Below are positions 26,331 to 38,259 of a stretch of 64,000 bases of DNA, piece by piece. The notes beneath the pieces are model-generated. The model saw only the letters and a list, made by a program, of their open reading frames with translations. It was not told where the DNA came from and searched no databases. Source of the DNA: Camelus ferus. Its lineage: Eukaryota. Location: assembly GCF_009834535.1 (NCBI RefSeq), contig NC_045696.1, positions 95,606,001 to 95,670,000 on the forward strand. Direction: 5' to 3'. Made by a program: the position numbers and the translations under genes. The number at the start of each line of letters is the position of its first letter. The stretch's first letter is position 1.

Positions 26331-26461
26331 CCCAGTACCTCCATTAAATATATATATATATAAATACCTCCCCCCAAAAAACAAACAAAAAAGGATAAAT
26401 AAATAGATAAATAAAGTCAGATGCAAGCCAAAAAAAAGCCATGATATTAAAAAAAATTTTT
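26331..26461 (+). mobile_element. 5'-truncated camelid-type SINE with a 13-bp TSD
   Basis: Begins cccagtacctcc...tacctccccc, matching the 3' half of the SINEs at 32646 and 36136. aaagattgtttaa is duplicated at 26318-26330 and 26462-26474. Confidence 0.85.
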
Positions 26462-27469
26462 AAAGATTGTTTAAAAACACATAATTGTCCAGACGTCCCC
26501 TTGATCCCTAATGATGAAGGACCCCACAGTAACTTCAAGGTTGGTTATCTACCTAAAGGACTGAGTAGCAAAGATTGTCACTACAGGTTCTCACTTTATT
26601 TTACCCACAGGAAGCTTCCTTTTAAAGAAAACTCTACTCAGGATTTCAGAATTTGAGCAGAGCTGATATTATAGAGTCCAGTCTTCCAAGTCATGTTCTT
26701 TCTATATAAATGTAGTCACATGATTCTTATCCCTGTGTTCTCGTGAGAGTCACAGGATTTCTATCATAAACAATGAAGGATGAATAGAGGTAAGATCTGA
26801 GAAAGATAAAAAGACCCCCTTCAATATTATGTCTTAGCCAGACCTCTTTTATACCTTTTTAATTATTCTGAAACTAACTTCTAGATATTTAATTCTTTTT
26901 CAAGAAATTTTAATTTTCCCTCATCTTCAGAGCTTCTTTAGACTTTTTTAAGAGAAGCTTCAGGTTATAGGAAGTAGTTATCAAGTTGGGTATTAGAAAT
27001 CAAAGCCTGTCAGTTGATGCCAGTGGTAATTATGGTAAGTTACAGCATTGAAAATGATGATACTGATGATGCAGAAATAAACACAGTCCTAGTCTGCAAG
27101 GTGCCCTCGATGCCTCTCTGCTTTACCAGCACAAATTCTCACCAACAAATCCAAATCGGCTACTCCAATTGCCTTTCCAGTATATGATTTTCTGCTTCCT
27201 ACCTGGTGATAAAAATATTTTACCCCTTAAGAGAAATTTTTTAAATCTTTTCTTTCCAAAGAATTCTTAGATCAGAAAACAAGTGATAAAATTTTTTTTA
27301 AAACATAATTAACCTTAGATTTCTTTCTTGCCTGTCTGCACAAACCTGCTTTCAACTTCATGATTGTTCCAATCGATAACCTGGTTTACCAAGCCACAAG
27401 AGTAAGTAAGCCACCAACTCTTTTTTGATACTCTCATGTTTGACTTAGAGGCTGCCACAGCAAGAAGAG

Positions 27470-27590
27470 AGCTTAAGATCACTTGGTCCAATTCCTTCAC
27501 CCATAATATAATGAAACAGAACCAGAGATGTGAAGGGACCTATTCAAGGTTATGCAACTCGGTAGTGGTAGACATGGTTTAGATTTTGGA
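27470..27590 (-). mobile_element. MIR fragment
   Basis: aatgaaacagaaccagagatgtgaagggacctattcaaggttatgcaactcggtagtggtaga resembles the antisense MIR core. Confidence 0.65.
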
Positions 27591-27769
27591 GTGGGGGGAG
27601 GACTCTTTGTTATACATTCATTGGGTTATACAGCTCTTCTTCCTTATCATTTTAATTGTTTATTATGTAGGTGTTTTTCAAAATGGCTGTTTTTCCTCTC
27701 TTAACTGTATAATATGAACACAATTTGCTCTGGATGTCTGTCAGGCTGATGTCATTGGTGGTGTTGGCT

Positions 27770-28319
27770 GCCTGTCATGTGTACCCCTATCCTTCTTGGG
27801 TAAGGAATGGGGTAAGGAATTATCCATTACTCTTGACGTTCACAAAAGCAGGAAATGCCAGGTGCTTACTTTTACAGCTTTTGTAGCAGCTAGGATAAAG
27901 GCATATAACCTCGACATTGCCAGAAACTCTCAGCCAGTAAATCTACTGTAGGGCAAGTGATGCAAAGATGCAGGGACAAAGGAGATTTTGTCCTGGTGCA
28001 GATAGCACATACAATAGTTCCAGGATGAGCTCTGGCAATGATGCCAATGGCAAGCAATGCGCAAGACTGGCAGGGGCAACATCTGTCATCCCACAGGTGT
28101 GGCCATTACATCCATCCCAATGTTTCCTGAGGAGTAATCTTAGCTGTGTTCCTGGTGCTCCGTCTTCTTTTGGTTCCTGCTTGTTTTCTGTGCCTAACAT
28201 TCCAGCTTTTCTGGAAATTTTATGAGTATCCAATAACCTTTTTTGAGAAATTCTTTTTGTATTTAGCTCATCCAAAAAGTTAGTTTTGGTTACTTCCAAG
28301 AGGAACTCTGATAGTTACA
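27770..28319 (+). mobile_element. ERVL-type solo LTR (LTR33/LTR16-like)
   Basis: 3' end aaattctttttgtatttagctcatcc..agttagttttggttacttccaagaggaactctgatagttaca fits this LTR group. The subfamily is uncertain. Confidence 0.55.
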
Positions 28320-28699
28320 TGGCTTGAATAGAGAAGTTTTGCTCTCTGGATCTTGGAATACCAAGTGAATATGCTTGATTTGGTGTAGATTTCACTAGCA
28401 GAGAGATGTATCAAGGCCAACTTAATTTCTCAACTGCCAAAAAGTAATGGCTGTTCATTCTAGCCTCTCCAGAATACTCCCTATACAATTAGCAAAATAT
28501 TTCAAGTAAAATACGTTTCTCTCTCTCCTTTCTTTTTTTTTTTTTTTTCCAGAAGTGGGCTAGTTCTTCCTTCTTTATGTAAACTTTCCAAAGGCTTTGC
28601 TATAAAACTGCATGCACCATGCACAGAGCTAAAGAAATGTACTAAATTTACATTATATTCATAAAAATCTCCCTCCTACCTTTGTTCTTTATAAGTGGT

Positions 28700-28830
28700 A
28701 AGAACATAGGACCAGAAGTCTGGAGAACATAGATCCTAGTTCTTCTTTACCCAATTGATTTGTCACCTTTGAAAATGACTTCATCTTTCTGGCCATCAAT
28801 TTCTCCTGTGAAAAATGTGGGAAAGGAAAA
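28700..28830 (+). mobile_element. MIR fragment
   Basis: Degenerate MIR core (tgtcacctttgaaaatgacttcatctttctggccatcaatttctcctgtgaaaaatg). Confidence 0.55.
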
Positions 28831-30559
28831 CCTGAGGAAGGCTGGGCTATATCACTTCTTGTATTACTTCTTGCTTCACAGAATCTCATTTTATAAGAAA
28901 ATGTTGGAATTTTGGGAAAATTTGTCCTGTTCTCCCCGACCCCTCAAAATGAGCATTATTAGCCATCCTTCAATAAAATATAAGGAGAAATAGGGGCAAT
29001 AAAAGCAGGGGGAAAAAACTTTTCTTTTGACAAGCTTATGAAATACAGCAACTCAGTTTCAATTTTCTGGAGCTTTGCATAATAATGAATCTTAATTATT
29101 GCCTAGAGTAACCAAACATGCACAATTCCAAGTTTTTAAAGAATTCCATTCATTAAAATAAAGGAGTCAGGCATAGGGAGAGTCATATTTTCACAAAGCA
29201 TTAGACTTGTAATTTTCCAACATCTGTAGGGAGTTAAAAAACAATCGCTATGATCATTTCAGTTACTCTGGGGCCAGCAATATGAGTAATTCTTAGGTGC
29301 TTTTTGGGTCCTACAAAGTCATCAAATAGATTCTCAAAAATGTTTGCAGTAAGAACCACACCTCTTTTTTTCTGGGCATGGAAAAACCATGCAAAACAGA
29401 CTCTCGATGAAGCCAGCATTGTAAGTCACAGACACAGAGTTTATTTTTAGAGACTAGGTTGCTATTAGCGCATAGCTGGACACTTTTTAGTCTGATTTAA
29501 ACACACAAGAAACACCCTCTTTATGATCATTTATTGAGCAAGGTCTTGTCTCCACCCTACACAGAACATGAAATGTAAAGGTTCTAATAATAGCGACACA
29601 GTTAAACGCATTGACGGGCACTTTCTCTTTCAACACAATTAATTTGCCCTAAGCAGTGTCTAGTTAATGAGGCCTTAACTTGTCAGGAATGAATAGGTGT
29701 GCTCTGCCCCGACTTCAGCATGAGGCAACGGCAGACACTGCTCTTTTCAGCTGTTTAAGTTTGTTTTGGACCCTTTTCCTATCTATTCAGCGTCCCCTCA
29801 GTGAGATCGGCCGTGGGCTTCCAGCTGTCTGTCTCCTCCTCCCCTAAGGCTGGCTTTGCTGCTGCCACGTGAGTACTGAAAGCTGACCCTGTATGAATAA
29901 AGAACTGCTGGCAAACAGCTGTAATTAGGAAATTAAACTAGGGGGTATTAGGAAAGGCAGCTTAGTTCTGCATTACCCTTGAGCATTTTTAGAAGGCATG
30001 AGGAACATTTTGCTTCTAATTAAAACAAGAGGGAAAACTGAAGGGAGGCCAGCTTTACATGTAATGAAGAAGGTGTGTATTTGGACAGGCTTTCCCACAG
30101 CTGTTTACTTCACTGATACCCTGATGTCTCAAATTTCTTTAGTAGGGGGAAGTCACTTTCATTCCACTTTTCGAACTAAGAAGGAAGATGACCGTGTCCC
30201 TAGGAGAGGTGGTACAGTGATTTAAATTCACGTTAAACTACACATGGCTGACATTAGATTATCTTCTGAAGGCTGCTCCAGATAAGAAGGAAAGGGGTAA
30301 GAAGCAAAGAACACTAAGGTACTAAGAGTCAAAAGAAAAAAAACACAAAGATCTTGGAAACTGGCCAGGAAGCACAATTCATCCATAAAGACACGTGGGG
30401 CAATCAGGTATTTAGGAGGGAGCTGTAAGCTAGCTTGATGCTTATCCACTAGGCTTACTGAGGGGCTGCTAGTCTTAATAGGGGCTCGTTGGTCAGTTGT
30501 GGCTCGGTGTCCAAAGATGACATCAGGTAAATGCTGGCAATAGAAATGTCAGTGGGACT

Positions 30560-30687
30560 TTGTGTTTCTTGTCTGTCTTCACCTCTGGTATGTGAACTAC
30601 CTGGGAGTAAGGAGTGTTAACTGTTTTATTCACCACTGGATCTCCAGCACCTGAAAAGTGTCTGGTATAGGATGAGGACTCGATTTG
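30560..30687 (+). mobile_element. L2 3' end
   Basis: atgtgaactacctgggagtaagga..ctgttttattcaccactggatctccagcacctgaaaagtgtctggtatagg. Confidence 0.7.
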
Positions 30688-30808
30688 AGAAAAGAACAAA
30701 GGGAGGAAGAAAGAAAGAGAGGAAGGAAGAGCAAGAGAGAGGGAGAAAGAAAAGAAAGGGAGGAAGGAAGGGAGGAAGGACAGAAGGGAGGAGGGAAGGA
30801 GGGAGGAA
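30688..30808. repeat. Polypurine (GGAA/GGGA/GAAA) low-complexity tract
   Basis: About 120 bp that is nearly all A/G. It explains four overlapping R/K/E/G-rich or F/L/S/P-rich ORFs. Confidence 0.92.
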
Positions 30809-32645
30809 CAAGCAGAGGCCCACTGAGACCACCTTGTGGCGGGAAATCTGGGGCATGTGGTTTTCAGGAGTCCAACGAGCGTGTCGCTATCTTTAAGAAG
30901 CCTTGTCTGTGATGTGTGCAAGTAGATTCCTGACACTCCCAAGCGAGTGTGACTATAACATCCTTTTGACCAAGTCTGTCCCACTGTGTTCACTCTCCCC
31001 AAAGCTCCCTCTGGCTTCTGACTTGCCTCCCACTACTTATTTCTTCCCTCTTGGAGCACCCAGATGTGTCTGCATTACCCACTACGCTGCCCTTTGACTT
31101 GTGTTTGGCTGCTGGGCCTCACCTAAGCTCCTACCTTTACTCTTGAAATTCACTCCAGCACCTGTGACTGGCCTTTAGACACCAAGTCTGCAGAAAACCT
31201 GTGACTATCCAGGTGTTTCAGATTGAGCAGCAACTTTCATTCTCCAGTGTGACCCCAGTCTGGCCACTCCCCTGCCTTGTCGTCAAATCCCATCTTTGCA
31301 ATGTGGTCTAAATCTGAGGGTGAGATGAAGCCTTCAGAGAAGGGAACCAAAGGGTCAACCTTGGAGGAGCTAGCAACAGCAGAGACTGAGGAAAGTGGAA
31401 GAGAGAAGAAAGAAAGGAGTTCCATAGGACCGGGGAGCACAGAGACGGGGGCAAGAGTGGAAGAGCTCCATATACTTTAAACTCTGGCCCTGGATTTGTC
31501 CTATCCCAAATGCTGACTGTACCAGCCTGTAAAACATTTACACAGATGCACAGAGATGCACAACCATGCAAACAAAGCAAATTGCAAACCAGTTTTAGTA
31601 ATTTCTCAATGAAGGGATTACTCTGTAATTCTCTGTGAACCTCCTATTTTGCAAGCCCAAAGGGAAAATAGTTTGTTCTGGACATGTCTGGACACACCCT
31701 CAGCCAATTGGAAGAGAAGCCGCCCCTTGCCTTCAAGTCCCTGCTGAGCACGCACAACCCTGCTCACTGGCCTCATCCACAAAATACGGTCAAAACAGTG
31801 TCTGCCTCCCAAGTTGGTACTGGAACTAAATGAATCATGTCTAGGGTGTATAGGAGATTGTCTGACACATAGTAAGTATGCATTAAATGTTAGCAATGAT
31901 GTTGACTGTGATGATAAGAGATGACGGTGATAATGAGCATGATGATGTTAACACATCGCCGGCTGTGACCGATTGGACAAGACAAGCTCTTAGCCCAAAG
32001 CTACCAATCCAGAAGCTGCACATTGTCTTATGATTCCTGTGGTTGGTTTCAAAAGACGAGCTAAACCAATCAGAGTCCTTTCCCTGAGAACTGGCCAATG
32101 GAGATGGATAAACCCATGGGCTGGGCTGGCCACAGGGTGGCAATATGAAGGTTAAAACTGAGAGGGAGAAGTAATTGAAAGAAGGATAGGTGGATGAAGA
32201 AGATACATTGTAAGAAATCCACTCAGAACCAAGGACACTTTGCAGGAGAGTGAGAGAGCCCAGTGTGCTCAGTACTCGGCCTGCCTTTTAAGCCTGCTGC
32301 TCTCACTCCTGGTTTCTTAAACATCTCCTAGATTCCAACTCACACTCCTGGCTTTTAGTTTTAAACCCATTTGGGTTTGAGTGTTTTTTGTGTTTATGAG
32401 TCCAAAGAATCCTGACTGGATTTTAAAAATACTTTTTATAGTATAATTAATCATACTACAAAAAAGTGAGTCAGATGTTATCTGGCTAGAAGACTTCCTT
32501 TCCACTGTGGCTTACAAATTTTAGAGCATACCAATGATTACAAACTCTGATGAACAGATTCAGCTGTTTATGAAAATTGGAATTACTATGGCTAGGCCCT
32601 TCTATGTAATTTCAACCTCATGTCCACCTATAAAGAGACTGCTGG

Positions 32646-32792
32646 GAGAACAGTATATAGTTCAAGTGGTAGAGCACATGCTTAGCATGCAGGAGGTCCT
32701 GGGTTCAATCCCCAGTACCCCCTCTAAAAACAAATAAATGAATAAACCTAATTACCTCCAAACTCAAAAAACAAAAAAAGAGAGAGAGAAAG
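32646..32792 (+). mobile_element. tRNA-derived camelid-type (Vic-1-like) SINE
   Basis: A-box/B-box-like tagttcaagtggtagagc...gggttcaatccccagtacc, then taaacctaattacctcc and an A-rich tail. TSD agaga(c/t)tgctgg at 32634-45 and 32793-804. Confidence 0.92.
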
Positions 32793-32848
32793 AGAGATTG
32801 CTGGATACTAGTGATCTCACCAATGACTGATGTGGCTGAAGAGAGCGT

Positions 32849-33163
32849 CAGGGGTACAAATTCAAACGTCTACAGGGACATTAATGCACAGACTGGGTGT
32901 ATCATAGCAGAGTGGTAGGAATGCTGCCAACTGAAGAGGCATGCCCTCTGGTGCCTCCTTGGGCCCTCCCCAAGAAGGGAACCTCATCTGTTGATTGATG
33001 GAAATATGTTTCCAACATAAAAGCTAGAAATCCAAAATTTTACAATTTCATTCTTCTGTTTATTAAGTACTGGAAACTAATTTTAACTTTTTTTAAAAGA
33101 TAGGGCCCAGAGAAAGCGTCTGCAGAACAAACTTTTTCTGAGGCTGCCAGTTTGCACCCTCTG
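32849..33163 (+). mobile_element. MER45-like hAT-Tip100 non-autonomous element
   Basis: Imperfect TIRs caggggtacaaattcaaacgtctacaggg ... ggctgccagtttgcaccctctg. Confidence 0.7.
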
Positions 33164-34231
33164 ATATAATATAATATGATGTGAAATATACTCTCGTAAA
33201 GAAACGAATGCCTCACAAAATTTATCACATTTCCTAAGTCCCTAGCCAACTATGTGGTTATATTTTCAAAAGGCAAGAGAGGGAAGACTTTATTTTGAGA
33301 CTTTTTGCCAGAGGGAAATGAAATATGTGTATCAACATTTGTCTAAAAAATTCAAAAGAGAGTTAACATAATTACTATCAAATTATGGATCCTGGTGATT
33401 AAGAATACACACATAATGCAATAATGCCTTTCATATTGCAAGGAAATCACGCAAGTCCCTTGGCACACCTGCACACCTGCCTGTCACTCTGCAGTTGTCT
33501 TCTCCATTATGTACCTTTCAGCAGCATCACAGTATGCGGGTAGTTTTCAAACCTTTTCCCCTATTGCTAACAGATTAGTGTTAAATCCTTGACCTTCAGA
33601 GTTGTATTTAAATATATTTGACTATGATAAGAAGGCAGTTTAAGTGATATATACACACATTTTAATTTGCCTAGAATAATGTGTTCTAGGTTTTTAGATT
33701 TTTCAGATTAACCCAATTAATTGGAATAGAATATACATTTTGATTGAAGTGCAAAGTGTATAAAAGATGATACAAGGCAGGGCTTTCAGATTATAATTCA
33801 GTAATAAGTCTTCTCTGTATCTGCTTCAATTGTCCTCTTACTTATTTTCAAAAAGACTATGTGAACACTTTTTGTGAAATGTAAATCTTTCACATTCAGT
33901 CTTTGGCTTTAAATTCCTCAAATTTAAAGCAGTCTTTATAACAGAGAAACTGACTTCCTTCCACATCGTCTGTCTTAAAAATTGTGCATCTAATGCTGAA
34001 GACAAAAGATGCAAGAGATCCAGTTACGGCTATGTAACAACTCTAGATCTAGTGTGAAAAAGGTACACTACTTACAGTGTCAGCCCTGATGATGTGAAGA
34101 GCTTAGATGTCATCACTCCTGTCCTTAGAATAAGAGAAAACTGAACAATTGAAAAAATCAGCAACCACTTTTAGGCACATTAGAGAACTGAGGCCGCAGG
34201 ACAAACTGCCCCTAAAATCTGGAGACAAGTG

Positions 34232-34720
34232 GTGGTAGGCAGATAATGGCTGCCCGAAGACGCTCACATCCTACTCCCTGGAACCTGTGAGTATGTTACT
34301 TTACACAGCAAAAGGGATTCAAGGTAGCAGATGGAATTGTGATTCGTTGCTAATCAACTAAGAGTAAAACAGAGAGATTATGAATTGGGCCCAAAGGAAA
34401 GGGGCCTTACAAGTAGAAGAGGGCCGGCAGAAGAGAATCATAGAGGTGACAGTGTGAAGAGTAATCTGCCCTGCGTTAATGGTTTGTAAGACGGAGGAAT
34501 GGATCTACCATCAGCGAATGCAGGTGGGCTCTTCATGGTGGAAAAAAACAAGGGAAAAGATTCTCCCACAGAGCACCCAGAAGAAATGCCTGCCCTGCCA
34601 ACCCATTTTTAGCCTGGTAAGCCCCACACAAATTTCTGACTTCCAGAACTACACATTTGTATTGCTTTAAGACATCAGGTTTGTGGCAGCTTGTTATGGT
34701 AACAATAGGAAAAAAATATA
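34232..34720 (+). mobile_element. MLT1 (MLT1D/E-like) MaLR solo LTR
   Basis: gtggtaggcagataatggc..cacatcctactccctggaacctgtgagtatgttac...ttctgacttccagaactac...ttgtggcagcttgttatggtaacaataggaaa. Confidence 0.88.
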
Positions 34721-35103
34721 TAGGTGCATCCAGAGAGCCATCAGCTGGTAGGAACACTGAAATGCTAATTTTCACAAATTGCTGTCAGCTAAACATGGAC
34801 CAGTTTTATAATGAGGAAGTCCTGGGGGCCACAGGCCTCTCAGAGAGGCCCCAACACTTTCATGGCTTTTCCCACCAGGTTCTCATGAAGAGGATCTAAG
34901 AAAGATCTCCTGTGGCACTGACAGTGGTGGGGTGGGCAGTGGGCAGGGGCCGGGGAGGGTGAAGACCTATGAACAGGAAACACACCCAGAGCATTCTCCA
35001 CAACAAAGTTTACCTCTTAGGTTTCCCTCTTTGTGAAGTACACATGCTATTGCTTCTTACTTGTACCTTAATGTGAACAATTGGGGGAAGTACTGGGTTA
35101 AGC

Positions 35104-35290
35104 CAGCAGTTCATAAAGGGTAGTCCTGGGATCAGTAGCAACAGCATCATCTGGGAACCTGTTAGAAACACAGGCCTTTGGGACCTATCCCAGGACTACT
35201 GAATCAGAAACTCTGGGGGTGGGTCAAGACACTGGTGTTTTAACAAGTCTTCCGGGAGATTCTGTTGGAGCTAACGTTGAGGAATAGGAG
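35104..35290. mobile_element. MER5A-like hAT-Charlie element
   Basis: cagcatcatctgggaacctgttagaaa...ctactgaatcagaaactctgggggtggg...gttttaacaag. Confidence 0.85.
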
Positions 35291-35961
35291 GTTTCAGACA
35301 AAAGAGGGCCCAAGACAGATCCTTTGCATTAAGACGGGCTCTTTTGTGATGTGAGGGCACCTAAACGTTGCCTTGTGCTCCCTTGGAGGACGTGATGAAG
35401 AAGGCTGTGGAGAACCAGCAGACAGGGTGGCCCTGCCGTGGCCGGGAATAGATGCTCTAGAAGCAGAAGCCATAAGCAACCCTCCTAAGCCAACCTTGGC
35501 TCTTCTCCTGAAAGAGCCAGGGAGAAGCCAACGCAGCAACACAGTAGACCAACCAGCCAGTTCTGCGCAGACCCAGCCCCTAGGGAGGGCGCAGTGAGCT
35601 TCTGTGAGGCAGAAGGAGAAGGAAGCAAACAGCGCTTAGAAGATGTCGAAGCATAAACTCTGAGTATCTGTATGAAATGAGACTGTTTGCATGTTTAATT
35701 TGAAAGATAAAGTTATCCCTAAACCCTCTCCCCTCAAAGACTAATCAGTTAACTTAGAGCTCGTGAAGCAATTACCGATAAAGTTAAAAAGTTGTCTAAG
35801 CACTGTTTACATCCTTCTTCTGCCTCACAGGAAGCTCATGACACAAACAAACAAAAAACTCCAATTTTGCAAATCTGTTTAGAGGGGACATACTTCAACA
35901 CAACTGTATAATGTTACTTAATCCATTTGATTATTTGGAAAATACTTGAGAATTAAACTTC

Positions 35962-36012
35962 TTTTTTTTAACATTTTTCATTGATTTATAATCATTTTAC
36001 AATGTTGTGTCA
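35962..36012 (-). mobile_element. Very short L1 3' terminus (~50 bp) with poly-T
   Basis: tttttttt aacatttttcattgatttataatcattttacaatgttgtgtca resembles the reverse complement of the L1 ends at ~38220-38259 and ~44810-44841. Confidence 0.7.
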
Positions 36013-36013
36013 T

Positions 36014-36136
36014 AATTTTTTGTGGGGAGGTAATTAGGTTTATTTATTTACTTATTTTCATGGGGGTACTGGGAATTGAACCCAGGACCTCATACATGCT
36101 AAGCATGCACTCTACCATTGAGCTATGCCCTCCCCC
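36014..36136 (-). mobile_element. tRNA-derived camelid-type SINE
   Basis: The reverse complement reads gggggagggcatagctcaatggtagagtgcatgcttagcatgtatgaggtcctgggttcaattcccagtacc...aaacctaattacctcc. Confidence 0.93.
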
Positions 36137-36604
36137 TATAAAGAAAAATTCTTTATTCCAGACTTTCTTTGTTAAATAGTCTCAAAATGTGAATTTGATG
36201 GAAACAGTCACTTTTGAGATCATGTTGCAGTGATAAACTAACAACACTTGAGGGCAGTCAAAGCACACGTCTTGCCTGTATATAACAGCTGATTTAATTA
36301 TAACTTTAAAATTGAACACTTTATCAAAATGCCTTTTTTTGTACTTCTTCTTTGGTCTACAATTATCCCCTACCTCCATAGTTCAGATTCCTAGACAGTT
36401 TCTCTGATGTAGGTGGAGCAACAATAAAAAGTATTTTTAAAGCATACATTAATTTTTGTTTCTTTTATCAGCTCTATTTTTGCTGTGGCTTGTAACTGAT
36501 GTAGTTCTGAGACACTGCTCAGTTAAGTCACAAGTTCAATTTCTTTACCTCAAAATAGTCTTTTAGGATCATGTGAGTATATCACAGCATCCATCCATAT
36601 GTGG

Positions 36605-36608
<4 letters not shown>

Positions 36609-36656
<48 letters not shown>
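36609..36656. repeat. (GT)24 microsatellite
   Basis: Perfect dinucleotide run read directly. Confidence 0.98.
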
Positions 36657-36657
<1 letters not shown>

Positions 36658-37258
36658 TACCCAGAGAAGTCTGTGTGACATAAATAACAGTGAACAAGTA
36701 GAATTCTCTGGGGCTACCTTGGTAGAGTACATTTATATATTCTTTCCTGTCACTGCCCCGTAAAGCCACCACATCATATGTCAGTCTGGTTTTCATCACC
36801 ACCTTGGATAAATCTTGGCCAAGTCCCATCATTTCTCAGATGTTAAAAAAAAGTTGTCAGGTTACTTTTGTCCCCCTTCCCCCCTCCCCAAAAAATCTAA
36901 TTTCAGTAATTAAAATATCTTTCTTGTAAAATACTTAAAACTCCAGACTTCATATGAACTTAAGCTTCTCCCTTCGTTTTGTCTGTTTCCCATTGGAAGC
37001 CTGCAGTGGGGAGAAGTGGTGGGGTGGTTACAAACATTCAGGTTGATTTCTCTGCCTGGTTTCTACTCATCTGCCCACTTACTAGGCTGCCCCTGACTCC
37101 TGGAGGGTTGAAAGAGGAAAAAGGGAAGAGGTATGTCTTTCACTGACATTTCTATAATCTCACATTGATTTTTTCTGGCTATGATAGAAGCTTATGCCTA
37201 TTTCTGTTGAGTCAGCTTTTGGGACCTTTCGTGAGCTGTGTGATTTCACTGCTGGGTC

Positions 37259-37437
37259 CAGGGCCAGCTCCAACGGTGTGAGCCCTTTGTAGACGCACAG
37301 GACCACATGCTTAGCGGGGCCTCCAGCTTGGTTTAATGCTCTGTCGTCGCCATGTTGAAAACTTTAATAAATTTCGAACAAGAGCACCCTGCATTTTCCT
37401 TTTTCACTGGGTAGCACCAGTTATGAAGCAGGTCCTG
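37259..37437 (+). mobile_element. MER91A-like hAT-Tip100 element
   Basis: TIRs cagggccagct...agcaggtcctg. Internal gcttggtttaatgctctgtcgtcgccatgttgaaa. Confidence 0.82.
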
Positions 37438-38090
37438 ACTGTGCTCTCCCAACTTCAGCTCTGTAGCGGGGCAGTGCCTCTCCTTCAGCTGACAGTTTAT
37501 AATCTCCCCCTCTGCCTCTTTCCAGTCAGACTACATCTCTAGCAGGATGCTGTGAATTGAGACAACAAATGAACATTCCCTACTTAGGTTCCTTTGCCCC
37601 ATAAAAGCAGGCAATTTGGGGGGAGTATGGTTATTATAAACCTCCGTGCTAGTGCCTTAAGTCCTTACAGCCAGGCTCTCCCCAGAACCTGTTCTCCCTC
37701 AGGCGTCCGTCAGGTGATTCTCCCGTGTTCCTAAGCAACGCCATCCCATCCTAGCGCTCCCGGTAGGCCCTGAAGCGCCTCCTCCTCCGGATAACCGTCA
37801 ACAAACCAATCCTTCCTTTAACTCCCTGACATTCTTTACCTCAATTCTGTTATACCCTCAAGACGGATGAGTAGATTAGAGCCAAAACTTCCAGTTTTTG
37901 TCCCTCCTAAGCAGGGTCTGCGTAGGAGGTTCAGCCTCACTTTGGAAATTGAACATTTTTGCCCCTGCTGCTTTGCTCTCGGCCTTTAGGAAACTCAGCA
38001 GTTTAGGAAACAGAGACAGAAAGATTCCCAAGATAATGTCCAACCACATTATTTATAAGGACAAAATTTTACTTAAAAGTAGAGATTTTA

Positions 38091-38259
38091 TAAAATAGAT
38101 AAACAAGTTTATCCTGTGTAGCACAGGGAATATATTCAGTATCTTGTAGTAGTAGCTCATGGTGAAAATGAGTATGTATATATTCATGTGTGACAAACAT
38201 TGTGCTATATACCAGAAACGGACTCAACATTGTAAGCTGTCTATGCCACAATTAAAATA
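38091..38259 (+). mobile_element. 5'-truncated young L1 3'UTR with a perfect 16-bp TSD
   Basis: aaaagtagagatttta at 38075-38090 and 38260-38275. The body aligns with 44671-44841. Confidence 0.93.

Noticed and set aside
30523..31002. 159-aa ORF and overlapping R/K/E-rich ORFs
   Set aside because: Driven by the polypurine tract and an L2 fragment.
31970..32110. Cluster of CCAAT/ATTGG boxes suggesting a promoter
   Set aside because: The context (ccaatcagagtcctttccctgaga) looks like an old MaLR LTR remnant, and there is no CpG island.
32655..32720. tRNA-like sequence (also ~36065-36136 on the minus strand)
   Set aside because: It continues into a SINE body and tail (with a TSD at 32.6 kb) and has a disrupted cloverleaf, so it is a SINE head rather than a tRNA gene.
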